From contig JAKITG010000001.1 of NCBI GenBank assembly GCA_021648195.1, positions 1 to 45,634 on the forward strand: a DNA stretch of 45,634 nt. Reading direction: 5' to 3'. The translations under genes were made by a program, and so were the position numbers. This document shows, one piece after another, positions 20,012 through 28,705 of the stretch. Numbering within the stretch: the first letter of the stretch is position 1; every line of letters begins with the position of its first letter. This stretch comes from Flavobacteriaceae bacterium (GTDB lineage: Bacteria; Bacteroidota; Bacteroidia; Flavobacteriales; Flavobacteriaceae). A model generated the notes under the pieces. The model was not told the origin of the DNA, ran no database searches, and saw only the letters and a program-made list of their open reading frames with translations.

Positions 20012-21910
20012 TTACTGCTTAATAACTTTAAGAGCGATAGGATTATTCTCTAAATGTACTTGTACAATATATAATCCAGTAGGTTTATCATTAAGGTTAA
20101 TTTCAACACTACCATTATTTATTAAATATGACTTTCTAGAAATTAACTGTGATTGAATGGTATATAAATCAATAGTTATCTCACTTTGTACAATAGGGAT
20201 TTTAATTTTAAAAGTCCCATTATTTGGATTTGGATATGCTAATATTGTAACCTTATCAATACCAAAATCATCAACTGTTAATGTTGCTTCTTTTGCAGTA
20301 ATTTCAAAACTATCAATAGTCCATCGAGTTGGACTTGCATTAGAGTAATATTTGAATGCAAAATATATTGTGCCTGTAATTGAACTAATATCAACATCCG
20401 CAAAAGCATAAATCTCTTCATTTTCGCTTCCGTTAGAATGTGCTGGAATTATAATATTTGGCACTTCCAACCAAGTAAAACTTGCAGGGTTGCTCGACCC
20501 ATCATAATCTGAAGAATAAACCAATTCTAAAGGTGTAGACCCATAAGCAGCATCTGTATAAAAACTTAATTTTTCGCCTGTACTTTCATTAAATTCAATA
20601 GAGCTTGTAGTAATCAGCCAATCTTTACTTAATACATCTTCTAGGTAACCATTAATACCCATTGAACCTGTACTGTTTTCTCCAAACTGTGTTTGACATA
20701 CCCAATTTTTATTACTCGCTTCATTATATGTAAAAAAATTAATGTTAGAACAATCACTAAAGTCTTCTGCCATTAAAACTATTGGGCCTTTGAGAGTTGT
20801 TATGCTTAAAACGGTACTTATATTAGATAAATTTGAAGCAGCATCTCTAGCTTTAATAGTAATTTCATATTCCGTTTCTTGAGATAAACCTGTAAGAATT
20901 GTTGTTGTAGAAAGAGATGTTTGCAAATATGCTCCATTTAAATAAATTAAATAATCAATTATACTTACGTTATCTGTTGAGGCACTCCAACTAATTTCAA
21001 TAGAATCATCTGTAATATTTAAAGCGGTAAGATTCATAGGAATACTTGGTTTTTCAGTATCAGTAGAACCTCCACTTAAATTCCATCGATCTTCTGCATT
21101 TAATCCTCCCCAAATTAAAGTTGCTAAATATGGATTATCTATAAAAGGGTTTCTATTTCCTTGAATTCCTTCAACTATAGGGTTGTGTTGATCTTCAAAA
21201 TCAGAAACAGGATCTTCAGCATTCCATCTTAAAAATAAATCAATCATATTTGAATCAACGGGTAAAGTTGAGCCAAAACCAATATTTATTGGCAAACACT
21301 GTGTTTCAGATATTTTAGAACCATCTCCATTATAACGTAAATACATATACATTATAATACGAGCTACGTCTCCTTTCCATTCGTCTCCTGGATACCAACC
21401 TCCATCGTTTGTCACAATTTTAGGGTCACCACTACCATCAGAAAATTTTCTATTACTTCGGTAAGCATTTTGTTCTGAATCTGAAGGACTTAAATTATGC
21501 ACGTCTGTTCCTGGTCCAGGATCTTCGGTTGATAAGCTTGGGTTAGCTCTTGATCTGGCAAAAACATGTTCTCTATTCCATTTACCAGGATCTCCTCCTC
21601 CAGTGTCTGTTTCAGTTTTTGCTCTAGTCCTATCAGTTACAGGGTTTCCATCATTATCATCATATCCATAAATTAATAATACATTTAAATTATTATTTGG
21701 ATCTTTATTTGATTGTATTAAAACATCCCAAGTGTCTGTTGATGAAGATGTGTATGGAATTGGTGTGTGTGTAGAGGTTAATCTACCTGATAGTTCAATA
21801 AATAAATTATTACCTGTTTTTGTAAAATCTAATCCGTTATAATAAGGTTGTTGAGCAGAAATTGAGGCAATAAATAAAAACAGAAATATAAATGTAATTT
21901 TTTTTTTCAT
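20012..21910 (-). CDS. T9SS-secreted endonuclease I family nuclease with FN3 domain, adhesin-like beta-sandwich and type A CTD
   Basis: Signal peptide; WNREHV, DVHNL, KGDVAR..MYM.LRY, QGNRNPFID (His-Me finger Endonuclease_1); FN3 (WSASTDNV...ARDAASN); DWLIT...YFAFKY domain; CTD AYPNP...GLYIV...KVIKQ. Confidence 0.9.
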   Translation of the reverse strand: MKKKITFIFLFLFIASISAQQPYYNGLDFTKTGNNLFIELSGRLTSTHTPIPYTSSSTDTWDVLIQSNKDPNNNLNVLLIYGYDDNDGNPVTDRTRAKTETDTGGGDPGKWNREHVFARSRANPSLSTEDPGPGTDVHNLSPSDSEQNAYRSNRKFSDGSGDPKIVTNDGGWYPGDEWKGDVARIIMYMYLRYNGDGSKISETQCLPINIGFGSTLPVDSNMIDLFLRWNAEDPVSDFEDQHNPIVEGIQGNRNPFIDNPYLATLIWGGLNAEDRWNLSGGSTDTEKPSIPMNLTALNITDDSIEISWSASTDNVSIIDYLIYLNGAYLQTSLSTTTILTGLSQETEYEITIKARDAASNLSNISTVLSITTLKGPIVLMAEDFSDCSNINFFTYNEASNKNWVCQTQFGENSTGSMGINGYLEDVLSKDWLITTSSIEFNESTGEKLSFYTDAAYGSTPLELVYSSDYDGSSNPASFTWLEVPNIIIPAHSNGSENEEIYAFADVDISSITGTIYFAFKYYSNASPTRWTIDSFEITAKEATLTVDDFGIDKVTILAYPNPNNGTFKIKIPIVQSEITIDLYTIQSQLISRKSYLINNGSVEINLNDKPTGLYIVQVHLENNPIALKVIKQ

Positions 21911-21940
21911 AGGTTTATATTTTATAGTGATTAATTATAA

Positions 21941-22029
21941 AAGACTGTTGCAAAAGTTCTTTTGATAAAGAAGTAGTTCGAAGTAAAAAAGACTTACACC
22001 TTAATTTTGTTCAAAATTACAACGGTCTT
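21941..22029. mobile_element. MITE-like element A, short copy (89 bp)
   Basis: Imperfect TIRs AAGACTGTTGCAA / TTACAACGGTCTT; colinear with 3926-4086 except for a 72-bp internal deletion. Confidence 0.72.
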
Positions 22030-22141
22030 TATAATCAAGTTACAAATTTATTAATTATAGTTGAAAATAAATAATTATGTAAATAACTATTCCATTAAAA
22101 GTCCAATTCATTATATTTGTGTTCAACTATAATTAATAATT

Positions 22142-22573
22142 ATGATTAAAATGTTACATTCAGGTTGGGCTTATATTACCCTTCTTCTTCTAATAATTGC
22201 AGTTGTAAATGCTATAATTGGTTTAATTTCAAATAAAGAATTTAAAGAAAAAGACCTTCGTATTTCGTTATTTACTTTAATAGTAACACATATACAAGTG
22301 CTCATTGGATTTATTGCTTTTTTTACATCGGCTCAATTTGCTTTTTTAAAAGAAAACGGAATGAAAGCCTCTATGGAAGATACTACAATTAGGCTTATTG
22401 TTGTTGAACATCCAATAATGATGATTTTGGCTGTTGTTTTTATAACGATAGGTTTTTCAAAACACAAATCAAAAATTACCGATAGTGTAAGGTTTAAAAC
22501 TATTGTCATTTTTTATGGAATTGCTTTGGCGTTTATTTTGAGTAAAATTCCTTGGAGCCAATGGCTTGGTTAG
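22142..22573 (+). CDS. Hypothetical 4-TM membrane protein with His residues in or near helices
   Basis: Four hydrophobic segments; HSGWAY, HIQVLIG, EHPIMM; TATATTTG box at 22112-22119. Confidence 0.75.
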   Translation: MIKMLHSGWAYITLLLLIIAVVNAIIGLISNKEFKEKDLRISLFTLIVTHIQVLIGFIAFFTSAQFAFLKENGMKASMEDTTIRLIVVEHPIMMILAVVFITIGFSKHKSKITDSVRFKTIVIFYGIALAFILSKIPWSQWLG

Positions 22574-22602
22574 AACCTATTTTTAAATAATTTGCTTTTA
22601 GA

Positions 22603-23349
22603 ATGAATTTTGTAAAAAAAATTATTGCTTATCCTTTAAGTATATTATACTATATTTTCTTTTTTTTAGTGTTATTCATTTTTCACCCTTTGCAGTGGTT
22701 GGCTTTTAATTTAGGAGGCTATAAAGCACACAAAAAAGTAGTTGATTATTTAAATTTTTGTTTAACAAAAGGACTCTATATTTTAGGAATTCGCATAGAG
22801 TTTATTAATAAACAAACCTTTCCAAAAGGTGTACCTTTTATTATTGTTTCTAATCATCAGAACTTAAATGATATTCCTCCAATTTTTTGGTATTTACGAA
22901 AACACCATCCAAAATTTGTATCGAAAATTGAATTAGGGAAGGGCATTCCAAGTATTTCTTATAACTTACGTCATGGCGGATCAGCTTTAATCAATAGAAA
23001 AAATCCAAAACAAGCCTTAACTGCTTTGGCTAATTTTGGAAAATATATAGAAAAGCATAATCGTTCGGCAGTAATTTTTCCAGAAGGAACACGAAGTAAA
23101 AATGGTGTTCCAAAACGATTTTCGGAAAATGGACTTAAAATATTAGTAAAAAAAGCACCGTCATCATATATTGTTCCATTAACAATAAATAATTCTTGGA
23201 AAATTTTAGAAAATGGTTATTGGCCTTTAACTATCGGTTTGAAAATTATTTTTGAAGTCCACAAACCTATTAAAAGTGATTCACTTCCTTTTGATGAACT
23301 ATTTTTAAAAACTGAGAAAGTAATTAAAGATGCAATTCATAATTCTTAG
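22603..23349 (+). CDS. Lysophospholipid acyltransferase (PlsC family)
   Basis: NHQNLND (HxxxxD) and FPEGTRS motifs. Confidence 0.92.
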   Translation: MNFVKKIIAYPLSILYYIFFFLVLFIFHPLQWLAFNLGGYKAHKKVVDYLNFCLTKGLYILGIRIEFINKQTFPKGVPFIIVSNHQNLNDIPPIFWYLRKHHPKFVSKIELGKGIPSISYNLRHGGSALINRKNPKQALTALANFGKYIEKHNRSAVIFPEGTRSKNGVPKRFSENGLKILVKKAPSSYIVPLTINNSWKILENGYWPLTIGLKIIFEVHKPIKSDSLPFDELFLKTEKVIKDAIHNS

Positions 23350-23366
23350 TTTGTTAAAAATCACGA

Positions 23367-24170
23367 TTAGTCTATAATTTTGAATTGATCTCGATCATTT
23401 AAAAAACTAAATTTATTTCGAGAATCAAGGATATGCTTTTTATTTAAAATAACAGTTTTTGTAGCTTCTTGATTTTTATCAAATTCTAAAATGAGTTTAC
23501 CCATAACATCAATTACTGCAGAATGACCTATATATTCTAAGCCATTTTTATCTTTACCTAAGCGGTTTGTACCAACCACATAACATAAATTTTCAATAGC
23601 ACGTGCCTTTAATAAAATATCCCAAGCCGAAATACGTGTATTTGGCCAATTGGCAACATAAATTAATACATCAAACTCTTCGGTGTTTCTTGCCCAAACA
23701 GGAAAGCGTAAATCATAGCAAATAAGAGGTAATAATTTCCATCCCTTATATAGAATAACTGTTCTATTTTTCCCCGAAGTAAATATTTTATCTTCTTGTG
23801 CAAAAGAAAATAAGTGCCTTTTATCATAATGTTGAATTTTTCCATTTGGAAAAGCAGCAATTAAGCGGTTAAAATAATTTTTGTTTTTTGTTTTATCAGT
23901 AGAGGGCTCTTCAATGATTATACTTCCAATAAGTAAAGCATTTTTTTCTTTTGCTTTCTCCAACATCCAATTTACAGTATCGCCCGTCATTTTTTCAGCT
24001 ACAGCACTAGCGTTAATTGTGTAAGCTGTTGAAAACATTTCTTGTAAAACGATAAGGTCAACATCGTTTGATATAGCATCAATTTTATAAGAGAAATTGA
24101 TGCGATTTTGTTTCGGATTTTCCCAAACCAGATTAGATTGAATAATTGCTGTTTTGAGTAAGTTTTCCAT
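23367..24170 (-). CDS. Nitrilase-family amidohydrolase (omega-amidase, YafV-like)
   Basis: E-K-C triad in LQEMF, YDKRHLF, ICYDLRFP; YVANWP and LLKARAIEN motifs. Confidence 0.88.
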   Translation of the reverse strand: MENLLKTAIIQSNLVWENPKQNRINFSYKIDAISNDVDLIVLQEMFSTAYTINASAVAEKMTGDTVNWMLEKAKEKNALLIGSIIIEEPSTDKTKNKNYFNRLIAAFPNGKIQHYDKRHLFSFAQEDKIFTSGKNRTVILYKGWKLLPLICYDLRFPVWARNTEEFDVLIYVANWPNTRISAWDILLKARAIENLCYVVGTNRLGKDKNGLEYIGHSAVIDVMGKLILEFDKNQEATKTVILNKKHILDSRNKFSFLNDRDQFKIID

Positions 24171-24181
24171 TTTGGAATATG

Positions 24182-24667
24182 CTATAAGCGTTTTAGTTTT
24201 TTCTTATTCTTTTCAACTTTCTTTTTAATGCCTTCCAATTTGTCCAACCATTTGATTTCATCTTTTGGAGATAGCTTCCCTTTGTCTCTAAGTTTTTCGT
24301 ATTTATTAAAACTCTTGGAATATTTTTTCTGACTTTTAGCTAAATTACTTTCAGCTTTCTGCCTTTTTTTCAGCGCTTTTTCTGCTTTTTTCTGTTTCTT
24401 TTCGGCCTTCTTTTGTTTCTTTTCAGCTTTTTTTGCTTCTTTTTTTGCCTTTTCAATTTTTTCTTCTCTTGCTACTTCATTTTTAAGTTTACTCTTAATA
24501 TCGGCAAGTTGTTTGGTTGTTAAACTGGTAGTAACATCTTCATCGTTAAGAAACACTTTGTCATCTTTTATAGTATATTGACCTTCTTTAGGTTCAATTT
24601 CTTGAGCATGAATTAAAACGGAAATAAACAAACAAAAAGTAAGAACGAGGCATTTTAAATTTTTCAT
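24182..24667 (-). CDS. Lys-rich secreted hypothetical protein
   Basis: Signal peptide ending IHA-QE; KKAEKKQ heptad repeats; TACTTTTG box at 24687-24694. Confidence 0.8.
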   Translation of the reverse strand: MKNLKCLVLTFCLFISVLIHAQEIEPKEGQYTIKDDKVFLNDEDVTTSLTTKQLADIKSKLKNEVAREEKIEKAKKEAKKAEKKQKKAEKKQKKAEKALKKRQKAESNLAKSQKKYSKSFNKYEKLRDKGKLSPKDEIKWLDKLEGIKKKVEKNKKKLKRL

Positions 24668-24715
24668 AATTTTATATATATAGATTCAAAAGTAATAAAT
24701 AATATGCTACAAAGT

Positions 24716-24946
24716 TTAAATGGAACATAATATTTCTGCTACTTTTTTTAATGTCTCTTCCTTTTTAGAGAAGCAAAAACATAAAACTATTTTATTGATT
24801 TTATTTTTAGACAAAACAGATATTGGAATGGAGGCTATTTTTTATTTAGTCAACCTGATAGCAAAATCTAGATTACTTTCTTCCGAAATATTTTTATATT
24901 CTAGCAATTAAAAATAAGTACCTTTAGTAGAAATAATGTTAAATTT
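24716..24946 (-). pseudogene. 3' fragment of a PLP-dependent methionine aminotransferase (YbdL-like)
   Basis: Hand translation KFNIISTKGTYF*LLEYKNISEESNLDFAIRLTK*KIASIPISVLSKNKINKIVLCFCFSKKEETLKKVAEILCSI* follows the YbdL C-terminal pattern GTYFQLLDY...ASIPVSVF...RFCFAKKEETL; two internal stops; 5' part absent. Confidence 0.8.
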
Positions 24947-24954
24947 TTAAACTA

Positions 24955-25076
24955 TAAACTAAAACAATGCTTTTGCCAACGCATCATCTGACTCATCGTT
25001 ACAGAGCCAAATCATTGGCTTTTTCACTCCGCCCTGCCTCAAATTTGAACAAAATCTAATAATTTCTTTTAGACTA
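24955..25076. repeat. Degenerate structured repeat / MITE-like remnant
   Basis: Imperfect ends TAAACTAAAA / TTTTAGACTA, internal hairpin AGCCAA-ATCA-TTGGCT, GC-rich relative to flanks. Confidence 0.4.
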
Positions 25077-25153
25077 AAAAATAAATCCATTTGGTATTAG
25101 AAAAAATATTATCATAAAAAGAAGACATAAGAGTAATAGGTTTGATAACTGTT

Positions 25154-25900
25154 TTACCCTTTCAAACTAGCAGTCAAATACTCTCTATTCATTCTAGCAA
25201 TATTTTCTAAAGAAATTCCTTTAGGACATTCTACCTCACAAGCGCCAGTATTTGTACAGTTTCCAAAACCTTCGGCATCCATTTGTGCAACCATATTTAG
25301 CACTCTATCTGTTGCTTCTACTTGACCCTGTGGCAACAAAGCGTATTGACTTACTTTTGCGGCAACAAACAACATTGCACTTGAATTTTTACAAGTTGCA
25401 ACACAAGCACCACAACCAATACAAGTTGCAGCATCCATTGCTAAATCTGCATCGTGTTTTGAAATAGGAATTGAATTTGCATCTTGTGTGTTTCCTGATG
25501 TATTTACAGAGATAAATCCTCCAGATTGCTGAATGCGTTCAAACGCCATTCTATCAACCACCAAATCTTTTATTACAGGAAAAGCATTTGCTCTAAACGG
25601 CTCAATAGTAATGGTATCGCCGTCTTTAAACGAACGCATGTGTAATTGACATGTAGTAATTCCACGATCTGGACCGTGTGCTTGACCATTGATATACATA
25701 GAACACATACCGCAAATTCCTTCACGACAATCGTGATCAAAAGCGACAGGTTCTTCATCTTTTGCAACTAATTGTTCGTTTAAAACGTCTATCATTTCTA
25801 AAAACGACATGTGTTCTGAAATATCAGTTACTTTATAATCGACCATTTGACCTTTGTCGTTTGGTCCTTTTTGTCTCCAGATTTTTAGTGTTAAATTCAT
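25154..25900 (-). CDS. sdhB: Succinate dehydrogenase/fumarate reductase iron-sulfur subunit
   Basis: CREGICGMC...C (2Fe-2S), [23 protein letters not shown] clusters. Confidence 0.97.
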   Translation of the reverse strand: MNLTLKIWRQKGPNDKGQMVDYKVTDISEHMSFLEMIDVLNEQLVAKDEEPVAFDHDCREGICGMCSMYINGQAHGPDRGITTCQLHMRSFKDGDTITIEPFRANAFPVIKDLVVDRMAFERIQQSGGFISVNTSGNTQDANSIPISKHDADLAMDAATCIGCGACVATCKNSSAMLFVAAKVSQYALLPQGQVEATDRVLNMVAQMDAEGFGNCTNTGACEVECPKGISLENIARMNREYLTASLKG

Positions 25901-25916
25901 TTTGTTTATTTTTTAT

Positions 25917-26411
25917 CTAGTTTGTTTTATTTTTTACACTTAAAAGTCTTACAAAATGTGTCCAACTTAATTTGGTAATTGCAGTCTGTAATTTTGTGTT
26001 TAAAGATTGGGCAATCAATGGTTGCCCAATTGGTTTATCGTCTTTTTCGAAAAGGGCAATCAGTGATTGCCCTTTCTCATTTGAAGATTTGACAATCACT
26101 GATTGCCAATTTGAGAATGTTAAATAAAACTTTTTTATCAGTTTTAAATTCCGATAAGAATACCCTTTACCAAAAGACCGAGTTAAATCTTCTGATAAAT
26201 TTTTCAGTAATTTCGTGCCGTATTCAGCACGTTCTTTTCCTTTTTGTTCATATTCTACAATGTGTTGTCCAATATGCCAATAAGTAATAGTAATGGTTTG
26301 GTTTACGGTTTCAGCAATGTTTTTTTTAGCAGTACTTACCAACACTTCAATAGTACTTACTAAACTACTGTAATGTGTTTTATCACTTTGTATGTCTTGC
26401 TTTTTACTCAT
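25917..26411 (-). pseudogene. YhcG/DUF1016 N-terminal domain, C-terminally truncated
   Basis: YWHIGQHIVEYEQ.G..RAEYG..LL..LS.DLT..FGKGYS.RNL and LSWTHF motifs; stops shortly after LSWTHF, so the C-terminal PD-(D/E)xK domain is missing. Confidence 0.8.
26006..26109. repeat. Three palindromes (consensus GGGCAATCA-n-TGATTGCCC) inside the yhcG-like coding sequence
   Basis: 26006-26030 (12-bp arms, 1 mismatch), 26051-26075 (perfect 12-bp arms), 26089-26109 (10-bp arms, 1 mismatch). Confidence 0.85.
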
Positions 26412-28185
26412 TAAATGATAATTAACTGTGCTTTTCTCATTTCGTCTTTTAATGCAGGTAAATTGGGTTTATGGTTATATAGGCTCGTTAAAAACCCCTC
26501 TGTTTCTTTCTTTTTTGAGGTTATTTTTTTAATAATTTTAAAGTTTTAACCATTGTTGTATAAGTTCCTCTATCCCTTTTATAACCATTCATCGCTTTAT
26601 TATTAATTTTAATAATTATAGTAAAACATTCTGACGGCTAGATATTTAAAATAGGGTTAATTAACTTTTCTATCTCATAAGAATCTTTGTTTTTGTTAAC
26701 GCAAGTTAGTATTTCTTCAAAACGTTTTTCTATTTCTAATAATTGCACATAAAAAACACTATTGTAAGTATCTTTAAATTTATCTACAAATACAATTGTT
26801 TCCTCTTTTGTTAAATAGGTTTTTAATATTCGATAATGTTTAATGTTTGTTTTATCTGAAACATAATTATTCAATGCTTTTACAAATAATGTTTCTTGTT
26901 GTTCTTTGTCTAAATGATCAATTAAATATTTATCAAATTCATTTGCCCAGTTTTTAAAAGCCATTTTGGCTATTCTGTTAAAATCTGAAATTGTATTTGT
27001 TGTATCGTATTTTTCTAGTAATTGTTTTGTGATTTTGGCATCAAGATTGGCGTAGGTTTCAGCAATTTTTATCCATAACTTTTCGTTTTCGGATACGTTT
27101 GCAATAGTTAATAATATAAAGGCAGATGCTAATGATTCTAATTTGTTTTCTTGTATTTTTTTATGTAAAAATACAGCTATTTCAGTGTTAATTGTCAGCG
27201 ACTTTAATAATAATTCAAATTCTTTGATGTTATAATTAATTTCATTTTCCTTATCCCTTTTTTGGTTTTTATAAAATGAAATTCGTTCAAAAATAAGTGT
27301 TATAACTTCTAAAATTGCTTTATCAGACTTTACAATAGTATCTATTGCATAAGAAATATCACGTATATATTCATCGACAATTGTTTGTACATTTTCATTA
27401 TACTGACCGTCAAAAACACAGTTTTCATTATCTAACTCTGGCAAATTTTGAGTTCCTTCGTACAGTCCTAACAATATGCGAGTGGCATCCAATAAGTTTC
27501 CTTTTTTTATGTATTTTAAAATGGAATTGTTATAGGGTTCAAAAACATTTTTTATTTCATCAAAAGCTGCATCAAAGTCTATTTCCCAATAATCTCTATA
27601 GCTACCATCATTATCATAATTATTATGATTATACTCTAAATCATCAAAATCTAGATTTGATAATTTTGCGTTAATAGTAAATTTTATATCTTCTAATTTT
27701 TCGCCAATTATAGTGTCTAATTTTTCCGTTTTGTCTTTAGAAAATGCGATAAATTGCTGCTTTAAATTATTATCTCTATCTAATAATTGTTCTAAAAACA
27801 GTAGTTTTTTTTTAGATTCAATTTTTGCATACAGGCTTTTAAAATCGTTTTCAGAAAGTGTTGGTATTGTTTCTTGCGTTATTTCTTGATAATCTCCTGC
27901 TATTATTTTAAGCATAAAGGCTACTAAATGTTTACAAATTCCGCCAAAACCATAAGGACAATTACAGTCTAAATGCAATTTGTCTGCATCATCAATTAGA
28001 TAGACTTTGTACTTTCTTGAGCCATAAACCACAGCATCAAAACGATTCCCGCTTTTTGTAACATCTTGTACATCACCAGAGATAAAATAATCTTCGCCTC
28101 TTTCAAAACTGCTATTGGTAGCCATTTGTTCAATATCATTTATTGTAAATGATGGAATTGAATTTTTACTAATTGGCTTTTTCAT
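26411..28185 (-). pseudogene. SWIM zinc-finger domain protein, disrupted near the 3' end (open part 26638-28185)
   Basis: SWIM motif CNCPYGFGGICKH. Protein-like sequence continues past the TAG at 26638-26640 and, after a 1-bp shift in a 7-A run near 26524-26530, ends YNHKPNLPALKDEMRKAQLIII* with the stop overlapping the next ATG (TAATG). Confidence 0.75.
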
Positions 28186-28230
28186 TGTATTACTTTTTCT
28201 GTTTAACAGTATTATTCAGTTGTGATTTTG

Positions 28231-28265
28231 TTGTCTTTAGATTTTTAGTGTTGGGTTCATTTTGT
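28231..28265 (-). repeat. Degenerate duplicate of the sdhB leader and first ten codons
   Basis: 30/35 identical to 25871-25905; reads MNPTLKI*RQ versus sdh[11 protein letters not shown]. Confidence 0.85.
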
Positions 28266-28270
28266 ATTCT

Positions 28271-28705
28271 TTAATTTATATTTTCTTCAAAAGGTGTGTT
28301 ACTTAAAACTATACTACTGGGATTAATTAATTTCAATAATTCTCTATATTCGTTATAAGTGTTCAACCTATTTGGTTTTGCACCTCTTGTTGTTATTATT
28401 CGAGCGTTTATATTCTTATTTTCAAAATATTGTTTTAAATTTCTAATTGAAAATAATACTTGTTTCAATCCCTTTTGAACATCTGTTCCTTTTAATTCAA
28501 TAAAATACAAGTTCTCTTTAGTTTCTAATAAATAATCACATCTAACCGAAGTTGAACTTGATTGGTATACACAGCCATCAATTTTATATTTTGAAACATT
28601 TTCGTTATTTCGATTTAAACCTCTATAAATACTCTTTTTCTCCTTTAATACAATTATTGAAACAGTTGTAAATTCTTCGCAATGCTCTAATTGTTCTTTA
28701 ATCAT
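28271..28705 (-). CDS. Small putative PD-(D/E)xK-fold nuclease-like protein
   Basis: KIDG...RCDYLL...YFIELKG.D...GLKQV pattern (D...ExK...Q); overlaps the ATPase stop by 8 bp. Confidence 0.6.
   Translation of the reverse strand: MIKEQLEHCEEFTTVSIIVLKEKKSIYRGLNRNNENVSKYKIDGCVYQSSSTSVRCDYLLETKENLYFIELKGTDVQKGLKQVLFSIRNLKQYFENKNINARIITTRGAKPNRLNTYNEYRELLKLINPSSIVLSNTPFEENIN

Noticed and set aside
24720-24911. 63-aa + strand ORF from the ORF track
   Set aside because: It is the antisense shadow of the aminotransferase pseudogene.
26006-26109. Palindromic repeats read as a mini CRISPR array
   Set aside because: Only three divergent units with short unequal gaps, in frame within a gene, and no cas genes.
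26638-26640. In-frame TAG read as pyrrolysine or stop-codon recoding
   Set aside because: TAG ends other genes here normally, and a second frameshift lesion follows; decay is simpler.
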